DNA of 64,000 nucleotides from Selaginella moellendorffii (taxonomy: Eukaryota > Plantae > Lycopodiophyta), in assembly GCF_000143415.4 (NCBI RefSeq), contig NW_003314288.1, positions 882,642 through 946,641 of the forward strand, given 5' to 3'. Below, piece after piece: positions 23,885-34,300 of the stretch. The notes under the pieces are model-generated. The model did not search any database and was not told the DNA's origin. It saw only the letters and a list, made by a program, of their open reading frames with translations. Numbering within the stretch: position 1 is the first letter of the stretch; every line of letters begins with the position of its first letter. The position numbers were made by a program, and so were the translations under genes.

Positions 23885-26400
23885 TCTTCAAATGCTTCTC
23901 TAGGTTGAGATAAGCCATCCATATGTTCATCTTTTCCATTTCTTCTCGATAAATTATCTTCTCCAATGCCCTATAAAAAAGAGCTTGGATTGTAACACCT
24001 AAAGAAAAATAGAATCAAATGCGAGTAGAGTGTTACCTTTCAGCTACTGCTCGCACCTTGTCCAGGTCCGCAAGACACAACCAATAAGCCATGCATTTGA
24101 TTCACATGTAGCTACTATTTGGTGACGCTGCTACAAGCCTTTCAAAGTCGTCCTTGGTCTCTGGAGGCTGGTCCTTCTGTAATAACTTCTCTTTTGCTGC
24201 AGCCTCCCTGTTGAGAAGCAGGACATGAGAAGACTAAATATAAACAAGAAGTAACTCTGCTCTTTCAAGTCAATTGGCACTGTATCCTCAACGTCTTTGT
24301 TGAGAGTGGATCGACATGCATAGCTGTGGGAATCGTTTTGATGCCAGATCCAAGTAGTCCTCCTCCTCCCTCTCATCATTATCCATGAGCACATTTGTGT
24401 TCGAAGGCTCTTCATTTATAGCTTCTTCCTCCATCGGCTCGATGTCCTCAGGGGTCAGATATGACACTTTCATTCCAAGAGATATACGTTTGGTTTCCGC
24501 ATCAACCTGTAGAGGGAAATCATAACCCTGTGGTTTTACTAAAGCTTTCGTTCTCACCTTTAGAATCTTTACTTGAACCCATTGGCCGACTTTGTAAAGT
24601 GTTGGCAAGTCTTGAATAAAATCGTAAGACACTTCAGAGACATGACACAAGCAACCTGGAGCACAGACTAAGAACTTAAAACCAAGATAGAGAGAGAGCT
24701 TGCCACATCACTCTCGGCAAGGCTGATGGAAATCCCAAATGCTTCAATGTTGTGTATGCGGCCACTAACGATCTCTCCAGCACCAAACTTCTTCCAGCCA
24801 CTTGAATCTTGTGATGTTGTTGCCGTCAAAGACATTTCAATGTGCCCAGACAATGGCTCGATGCTTAAAATTCTGACAAAGAAGAAGATATCAGCAAACA
24901 CTTCCATACGGAGAAAAGTTCATACCTTCCCGATATCACCTTGCCTGATGGAAACATTTCTGCAGGGTTTTGTACAAACGAGTTCGATAGGTTCTTCAGT
25001 TGAATTCTAGCTTCAAGTGAAGGTGCCAGGACCACAAAACAACCTTTCTCCGTCACATTCCTGACAAAACCCTGCAACACAAAAACAAGTCACGTCCACA
25101 GCATGCAAGGTTTCTGCTTACTTGCACTTCATATCTTGCTTAAGTTCCAACACGGAATTGACAATACGAGCATTGGATGCAGAGTCAAAAAAATTTAATG
25201 CAAATCTCGGAAGTTACCTTTCAAGTGTTTGATAGCTCGGAAGGGACTCAAAACCACCACGTCCACCAACTTACTGAAAGTTCCAAGCCCATCTTTCCCC
25301 TCCCTGGCAAGACCTTACGAACTGTCCCTCTGTAAATAAACTGGCTCGGTCATCAATCCATGTATCGTTACATGAACTTTTCCGAAACTTTCCCATCTGC
25401 CTTGCACAGTATGTCCGCCTACACCAGCAAAAACTCGTGTGATTCGTCAGCCTAACAGGTCGCCTTTCTTGAATTGTTTGTCACTTGTTTTCGGGTGTAG
25501 AGACAAATCCACTTGCTTCCTTTCGTGGTTAACACTTCTTATATGGCACTGGAACGGGTCACCGACTTTGAAGCGCTCTTTAAAACGTTCAAGCTCCGAG
25601 GGATCGTCAGACGTGTCCAGTATAAAAAGGCAGCCTTTAAGATGGGGTGAGAGGACTAGCCATGTCCAGTTGTCCTTTACTTCTTGAACGTATCTGATAA
25701 CCGACTGTTCAATGGTTACGGTCTCGAAAGTAATCACTGAGCATGCAGCATCGTTTCCTGCAAGTCACGATAAGTGAGCTAATTCAAAGGGACACCATAC
25801 AGACCTGCAAGCTCAGATGGACGTAGAGATAAATCCAAAGTGGCAGCATTTCTGTGCTTTCTGCTGGTTTTGCGTTTTGAAAGGATTTTAGCTCGAACAG
25901 TCTGCCCAACACTGTATTTTCTCAATGGGTTCCCTTCTTCATAATGATCAAGACATTTGAGGAGTTAAAAGACAGACTGGAAAACAGAAACGAACCTCTG
26001 TAATGTGCACATTCCCACGTAAGGAGCAGTGGCTGTCCATGGGACAGGGCTTGTCTGCCAGTCCTAGAACTATTGAGTGTTGCAGCCTCCATGAGGTGAT
26101 TTCTTGGGTGATTTGTGACCTGTGCAGTATGAGAAAGAAGTGACGATTCACAGAAGAATTCTAGAAACATGGAGCTCAATCTTCGAAATGTGATCATGAG
26201 CACAGCAGGAAGTTTTGAGAAAGAGGACCTTGGTCTCTTGGAATGCAATGATCACTGCAAATGCCTAGAATGGGTGTCTTCTGAAAGTGCTTAAGCTGTT
26301 GGATTTCATTCCGGCACCTTTTGTGAATGCATTGATCACCACCCATGGCAGATCAAGGATCCTAGCTCAAGCAAGAAACATGTTTGATCAAATCTTGTGC
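23885..26400 (-). pseudogene. RRP5: rRNA biogenesis protein RRP5 fragment (S1 repeats plus start of HAT/TPR region), intron-containing and disrupted
   Basis: S1-type exons QGFVRNVTEKGCFV, GEIVSGRIHNIEAFG, CHVSEVS..YKVGQWVQVKILKVD and ERFKVGDPFQCHI. PETKDDFERLV.ASPNSS and RALEKIIYREEMEKMNIWMAYLNLE follow. The gene is truncated by the Gypsy LTR. The upstream limit is approximate. Confidence 0.8.
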
Positions 26401-27629
26401 AAAACTGTGAGCTCCTGATCACCCATGATTTAACTGTAAGCCCCAGCAAAACCTTATTAAATCTTTGCAGAACTTACCTTTATCAGTGTCTTAGCCACGC
26501 CAGCCTAACAAGCAAGATCCAGGAGAACTTTTGTATCAATCACTACAGCCACTTGATTATATTGTTGCCCATTGCATGGAGAAGAAGCTCAAACTTCTTC
26601 TATCACTGTGATACTCTACTATGAGGAGCAAGTAAAAAGTTCCTTGTTTTCTGTTTATGGACATGCTATTAAGACAAACACATCAGACTACTCAAAAAAA
26701 GTGAACTTTTTGACTAGTAATAATGTTCTTAAAGGAAAGTTTGCAAGATTTTAGTATTGCAAGAGTGTAGGACTTCTTCCTTATATTCTTCACTATTTGC
26801 TTTAAGCTTGCTATAGGAAGAATAAAATTGATAAAAAGAACATTAGTTGAACTCTTTGAGAGATAAACAAGAAGTACATATGAATAAAAAAATGTATTAA
26901 AATGAGTACATCATATAAATTTTTTATTTATGTAAAAATTAACAATATCAAAGCAAACCAAACGTTGTTGCATAGTGTAATGATATCTATCTGAGTTCGG
27001 TTAGGGTTGGTTATGGTCAGTTAGTGTAGATGGTATTGTGTATAATGCTCAACTCTCCACCTAGTAACTCTTATTTTCCTCTAGTGAGTGGCTCTTACTT
27101 CCTCCAATGCAACATATCTCCTCCCTCCACACTCTTCCTGTAGCAACTCTCCTCCATGTCCTCTAGTGCTCCTCCTGCACCAACTCTCTTCCACATTGTA
27201 CTTTTGCCAGTCCTACTCTTGGATTTTTCAGTTTTTTTTTAATTTTCATCAAATCATTCTTTCTCACCCTCTAGCTCCTCCAAAACCCGTTGTGCATTGA
27301 GTCTCCTCCAGCTCCTCCAGCACTCCTCCTATAGCAGCTCTCCAGCTCCTCCAGCACTTCTCCTGCAACAGCTCCCTCTAGCACTACAACAGCTCTCCTC
27401 TAGCTCCTCTAGTAGATGGCTATGCCACGGCTAAGGCCAGCCAAGGTAGTGCTAGCCATGGCCGAGACCTTGTGCCACCATGGCTGTGCTTGCTATGGGC
27501 CATTGGTGATGTAACTTTGGCCCTAGCTGTATGGTTATAGATACCACAGCCAAGGACAACATCATTGGCAATCAAGGTTGCCAGTGGTTGTGGTAAGCTT
27601 GGCAAAACATTATCTTTAACGTTGAGAAA

Positions 27630-30356
27630 GGACCAATTCGCACATTTATTTAGTGAAAAAAAACTTAAGCGACCCACTTTAAAAATTAAGAAAGTTGGGT
27701 TCGCACATTGAAAAAATTTGTGTTGCAAAGTAAACTTATAAGGACTTTTGCATTCGCACATGTCTTAGATTTAAGTGGAAAAACACCCTCGGATTCGCAC
27801 TTTAAAACAATGCATTCCAACACTTAAAATTCACTTAATTCAAATTTTGAAATTTCAAATTCAAATTCAAATGTTTAGAATTATATCCCGGCAAATTTCA
27901 AAGCAAACACGAACGCCACTGGCAAAGACACAGGGAAAACGTGAGGTTCTCTCTAACCTCTTTCGCATCCTCTGGACTGTGCAACTCCTCACAAGGTTCC
28001 CCTTCCGCTTGCTCGGGATCACCATAATCGACAAAGAGGTCCTGGTCCTTGAGCCTTTTCACCTCTTTCCTCCAAGCTTGGATCTCCACCCGAAGATCAG
28101 TCTCCCCAACATCAATCAAGAAATTGTGCAAGATGCAACAACTCTTGATGATGTTGGGAAGGTACTTTTTGTTTCTGATCCAAGAATCTGAACTTCATTT
28201 TAAGAAGTCCAAATGCTTGCTCAATAACAATCCGAGCAAGGTGGATGAAGGTTGAAAGCTGCCTTGGATGGTGTCAGGTTCGACAACCAAAACAAGTGAA
28301 CAAAAGAAAGTAGAATGAAGAAGACTTGTGTGGAATCTGGAGTTGGTACCCTTTGTCCCCCACTAGGTATGGCTTGATCCTATCGTCATATGCTAACACC
28401 ACGGGCGATGTCAGCAGCTCCCTTGCTACAATCTTGTTCCTGAGGGTTGAATTACGAAAAACCCTCATGTCGTGGACGCGTCCTGAAAGCAAAAAAAAAC
28501 ATTTTAGAACCATCCACAACACACAAAGAAACATACCTGGCCACCCAGCGTAGACACTGAGGAACCTCTTCTGGGCATCACAAACCCCTTGCAAGATGAC
28601 CGAGTACCACTGCTTCCGATCGTAGTAGCTCTCGCCATCCAGTCTAGTAGGTCGGATGATCTCGGAGTACAGTCGATCGCTCCAGCAACATTAGGCAGTC
28701 GGGTTCCTATTGCTCATCAAAACTTATAACAATCATAAGAAAATGAACCTGTCACTTGTCGAAAGCCAGCAGCAACAGCTCGAACCACCTTGGCAGTTGA
28801 AGGAAAATGAATCTTGTACCTGAGACACTTGACAATCGCCGCAGTAGTGTCCATGACAATCTCATGAGCTGTGGACTCCCCGATGCTGAACTTGTCCACC
28901 AGATCCAAGTAATCTGTGTTCTTGAAAAGCTTGTACAAAGTCACCCCCAGTCGAACATCCACCGGCAACACACTCCTCCAACCGGTATCTTGCTTCCGGA
29001 TCTCGCTCTCCAGCATGCCACAAATGGTGAAGAAGGTCCTCTTCTCCATCTGAAGTTTCCTCTTCCACCTCCCCACATCATAATACTCCAAAGAAAACTT
29101 ACTCCAGGTGGTGACATTTCGAGGCTTCACCCACCACAGGCCGATGCAAAACCTCCTCCCAATCACAGGCAGCGGGGCTCTTGTCATCCGCAATGTGCAT
29201 TTAAACCCTAAAGCAAAACGGTGAAAGCTGAGATTCCAGCGCTGTGTCTTCGTCATGAGAACATGCTGGCTGCTCCTCCCTCCCCCGCAATCTTCGCGAG
29301 ATGTTTTTCCCGAACGAGATCAATCAGGAGCATGGTCTCAGCATGGTTCCAGTTCTTTCCCCGGGTTCTCTTCGCAGCAGCAGGTGCAGCAAAACCCAAG
29401 GTATTCACAAACTGGACAGCCTCGTCGTCGAGCTCCTCCATGTGAGCATCCGGGTCTTGTTCCAGATCGGGGACGCTGTCATCTCCCTCTTCTTCATGAC
29501 CCCGCCGGGAGCTCTCAATCACTCATGCATGCATGCAACCTAAGAAATGTAAACTCAAAGCCATCTCTGGTTCTCAAAGCAGTTGGAGCTCCCGGCACGC
29601 TGTGCTCCAGGGGAACGCCTCCGGACGTGGCTTGGGCTCCTCCGGGCGCGGCTTGGACTCCTCCCGCTGTGGCTTCGGCTCCTCCCACCCAGGCTTGGCC
29701 TCCTCCTGGCGATGATCCATGGCCTCCTCCTCCCGGAGAAGAACCGCGGCGTCCTCCTCCTAGAGTAGAACCATGGCCTCCTCCTCCCGGGGCACCCCCT
29801 CCTCGAGCCGCCTCAGAACCATGGCCTAATCCTCCCGGAGCCAGATTCAGAGATCCGCGGCCAACCCCGGCCACCCGCGCCCTCCTCCCACTCCATGGCC
29901 ACCTCTCCCTCCATGGGCACCTCTTCCTCCTCCTGTTGGTGAAGATAGAGCACGAGCAGGCCCAGATCCAGCTCGATCGGCCCCATTTCCCAGAGCTCTG
30001 TTTCCTAAAATCGGATTACCTGCTTCCTCCACCTCCTCAGGCCTCTCCTCATAAATCTCCGCGGCTGCTGCCCTGTTTTAATTCTCGGGCCCTGCCGCGA
30101 GATCAGATCTTCTTAGGCACGCGAAAGCCTTACCTAAGATCTTCTCGAATATTTCCGGAATAATTTTTAACAACTTCCCTTAAAATAAAATGACCCTAAC
30201 ACTTTAGGTTTTGAAAATTACTTAAGTTCGCCTTTTTTTTCGTACTAGTAATTTTCCCATAAAAAATAAGGGTAAGTACATTACTTTAGCTTAAGTTATT
30301 GTGCAAATAGGGAACACGTAAATTTTGAACTGTAATTTTCGGGTAACTCTTGGTCC
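27630..30356 (-). mobile_element. PIF/Harbinger-type DNA transposon relic (DDE nuclease plus Myb/SANT-like fragment)
   Basis: HARBI1-like segments VDVRLGVTLYKL..FSIGESTAHEIV, LPNVAGAIDC, LQGVCD..F..VYAGWPG/RVHDMRVFRNS, YLVGDKGY and CCILHNFLI. Trihelix/Myb-like RGKNWNHAETMLLIDL. Subterminal ttcgcac repeats at 27638-27800. Only a 7-bp candidate TIR (ggaccaa/ttggtcc) was seen, so the boundaries are tentative. Confidence 0.75.
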
Positions 30357-30831
30357 AGAGCTAAACTCTTATAAACATCTCTAAACATGCTCATTTAATT
30401 AACCACCAATGAACGGCCAAGATATCTTTACCAGCACTCCCCCACTAATGTCTTTCGAAAATAAAAAAACTATAAGCAAAGAAGATATTATCAAACACTA
30501 TTTTTCCAATGTTTGTTTTTTTCTTATTTTCTACTATTAATTAACTTCCAACTCAATCACACAATATTTGGAGCTGGAAGAATTGAATCCAACTTAATTT
30601 CAGCAAACTGATGAGGATGGACAATTTTTATTTTCATTTCTTTTGCACTTCTTAATTTACATTTCTTAATTTGTTTCTACTCTTCTTATACACACTTTTT
30701 TCGGTGTATTTGGCCCATTATATTTAGCTGAAACACATGTACATGTACACTAGTACACTACTTGTTCAACTTCTTCCAGCCTCTGGTGCCCAACCTCAAG
30801 GCTCTCTTGTGGATGGAGCTAGCCCTACACA

Positions 30832-30857
30832 GTGTGTGTGTGTGTGTGTGTGTGTGT
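30832..30857 (+). repeat. (GT)n microsatellite
   Basis: Directly visible. A shorter copy lies at ~41797-41812. Confidence 0.9.
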
Positions 30858-31393
30858 ATCAACCAGCAGATGCACAAATCGTTGAGAATTAGCTCACAGG
30901 AGAGAGCAAGCAGGTCACCACTCACGACAAGCTCAAAAAATCTGGAAGACGTTGCCGAGGAACTGGTGAGTACGTCGCAAGAAACAAATGCCGTCGTCAC
31001 CAGCTTCCACACGTCTTCAACGTGCTCTAGGAGCACAAACCCAAAGTTGGTCATGCCACAAGCCGCCATCACCTTGCTCCTGGAACATGAGGCAATATTT
31101 GCTATCAGCAAAGAGTTTCGGTACTGGCAAGTCTTCATACTAAGGCTTATTATCTGAATCTGGGCGCTCTGTTTTGGGGCACCTGTTGGCAGGTTTAGTC
31201 AGCATTCCCGGATTCTATCAAAATGAAATTTAAATTTAAGACAAATCCTCCTTTTGCATAGTTTTAACTTTTAAATGTTAATTTTTTCTCCGTGAAGTTC
31301 AGGTTGGCGGCTCACTCAGCGGCCCATGTCTCTGCTTGACTCATGGAGGGTTTAAAACCAATGATAACTGCAAGAAAGAGCACTGACATGTTT

Positions 31394-34300
31394 TCAAAAG
31401 TACTTGTCACAGGAACATCTGCCATCCTGGAACACATGAACCCGACTGGCATCTTTGCAGATGATTAGCCTTTTTTCTAGCTTAGAGATGAGAGCAGTGG
31501 CCGCATGGCAATCGTCACAAACTCGGAGATTTTTCACAATTCTGATGGTCTCCTTCTGGTGCGAGTTCACCAGAGCACACCCCAGCGCAAGCTTCTCACT
31601 GTGGCCGCACAGGTGATCCTCTTTCTCTTCCTCGGGTATGTATTTTAGAACGTTGATCACATCGCTCGCGTACCCCTCCTCTTTCATTCTCAGCAACAAT
31701 TGCTTGAGCTTGGCCGCAATCTCGTCGCTCTGTGAGTGACTCCTATCCCCGACAGAAAAAGAATGCACTTTTCCTGAGCTAACATCCGTCCACCAGCTTC
31801 TCCCGGGCTCCCTGAAGCTGCTTTCACCTCTCATTTTCTCCACAACAGCGGCCCTTTCACTGAGCATCCCCAGGTTTCCAAATATATTGGCCATCAATGC
31901 GTAGGGCGTGCCGCTCTTGGGATCCATCTCCACAAGACGCTCAAACGCGAGAATGCCGATCGTGTAATTCTTCCACTTCCGGCAGGCTCCGAGCAGGGAC
32001 GTCCAAACCACTGCATCCGGTTCAAAAGGCATGGCTCTGAGAACTCTCACAGCTTCGTCGAGGAGGTTAGCTCGCCCGAGCATATCGATCAGGCACACAT
32101 AATGCTCCAGACGTGGCTTAACTCCAAACTGCTTGGGCATTTCATCCAGAAGCTGCCTTCCTTTCCCCACCAGACCACCATGGCTGCAAGCGTTCAACAC
32201 CAAGACAAAACTCACATCGTCAGCTTTACAGCCCTCCTCCTGAGTCATGGAATAGAAACGCTCCAAGGCCTCAATCGATCGGCCCTGGAGAGTGTAAGCC
32301 TGTATGAGAGAGTTCCAGAGACCCGTGTCGTCCCGAGCTCGGCACTCGTCAAACGCTTCCTGAGCAGAATCAACATCGCCGCATTTGCCGTAGAAGCTCA
32401 CCAGGCTGGAGCCCAGAACTGGATCGTTTTTCAGCAGCCCTTTATGCTTCGCCAGTTGGTGAATCTCCCTCCCGAGCTTGATCGCCATCACACTCCCGCA
32501 AGCAACAAGGACGCAGGTGTAGGTGCAAGCATTAGCTTGAATGGTGTTATCAGCTCTCAGGGCAGAGTAGTACTCCAGAGCAAGTTCAGCTCGCCCGTTC
32601 GTGTTGCAGCCCTGGATGATCGCGGTGTAGGACACAACACTCCGACTTCCCATGGCGTGGAAAATCTTGCGAGCCTTCTCAAGCTCGCCACACTTGCAGT
32701 ACATGTCTACCAGGCAATTCGCCACGAACAGATCTAGCTGTTTCTTCTCCTTGCTCAGCATTGAATGGATCTCCATCCCAATGCGTAGAGCTCTCTCCCT
32801 CTTCTCGCTGGATTCGGTAGCAAGTGTGGAGCAGGCGCTGATCACCACGACATGAGTCCGATCATCGGGTTGAATGGTGTTATCAGCTCTCAGGGCAGAG
32901 TAGTACTCCAGAGCAAGTTCAGCTCGCCCGTTCGTGTTGCAGCCCTGGATGATCACGGTGTAGGACACAACACTCCGAGTTCCCATGGAGTGGAAAATCT
33001 TGCGAGCCTCCTCAAGTTCGCCACACTTGCAGTACATGTCTACCAGGCAATTCGCCACGAACAGATCTAGCTGTTTCTTCTCCTTGCTCAGCATTGAATG
33101 GACTTCCATCCCGATGCGTAGAGCTCTCTCCCTCTTCTCGCTGGATTCGGTAGCAAGTGTGGAGCAGGCGCTGATCACCACGACGTGAGTCCGATCGTCG
33201 GGTTGAATGGTGTTATCAGCTCTAAGGGCAGAGTAGTACTCCAGAGCAAGTTCAGCTCGCCCGTTCGTGTTGCAGCCCTGGATGATCGCGGTGTAGGACA
33301 CAACACTCCGAGTTCCCATGGAGTGGAAAATCTTGCGAGCCTCCTCAAGCTCGCCACACTTGCAGTACATGTCTACCAGGCAAGTCGCCATGTACAGACC
33401 TAGATGTTTCTTCTCCTTGCTCAGTACTGAATGGACTTCCATCCCGATGCGTAGAACTCTCTCCCTCTTCTCGCTGGATTCGGTAGCAAGTGTGGAGCAG
33501 GCGCTGATCACCGCGACATGAGTCCGATCGTTGGGTTGAATGGTGGTACAAGCTCTCAGGGCAGAGTAGTACTCCAGAGCAAGTTCAGCTCGCCCGTTCG
33601 TGTTGCAGCCCTGGATGATCGCGGTGTAGGACACAACACTCCGAGTTCCCATGGAGTGGAAAATCTTGCGAGCCTCCTCAAGCTCGCGACACTTGCAGTA
33701 CATGTCTACCAGGCAATTCGCCACGAACAGATCTAGCTGTTTCTTCTCCTTGCTCAGCATTGAATGGATCTCCATCCCAATGCGTAGAGCTCTCTCCCTC
33801 TTCTCGCTGGATTCGGTAGCAAGTGTGGAGCAGGCGCTGATCACCACGACATGAGTCCGATCATCGGGTTGAATGGTGTTATCAGCTCTCAGGGCAGAGT
33901 AGTACTCCAGAGCAAGTTCAGCTCGCCCGTTCGTGTTGCAGCCCTGGATGATCACGGTGTAGGACACAACACTCCGAGTTCCCATGGAGTGGAAAATCTT
34001 GCGAGCCTCCTCAAGTTCGCCACACTTGCAGTACATGTCTACCAGGCAATTCGCCACGAACAGATCTAGCTGTTTCTTCTCCTTGCTCAGCATTGAATGG
34101 ACTTCCATCCCGATGCGTAGAGCTCTCTCCCTCTTCTCGCTGGATTCGGTAGCAAGTGTGGAGCAGGCGCTGATCACCACGACGTGAGTCCGATCGTCGG
34201 GTTGAATGGTGTTATCAGCTCTAAGGGCAGAGTAGTACTCCAGAGCAAGTTCAGCTCGCCCGTTCGTGTTGCAGCCCTGGATGATCGCGGTGTAGGACAC

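Noticed and set aside
27040-27420. Degenerate ctcctccagc repeats
   Set aside because: Low-complexity tract with no supportable ORF or element boundaries.
29255-30163. 302-aa proline-rich, extensin-like ORF
   Set aside because: It is antisense to the GC-rich Gly-rich/Myb region of the Harbinger relic and has no signal peptide.
30758-31157. Overlapping 126/131-aa ORFs downstream of the PPR gene
   Set aside because: They span a microsatellite, are rearranged in the duplicate arm, and have no recognisable domain.
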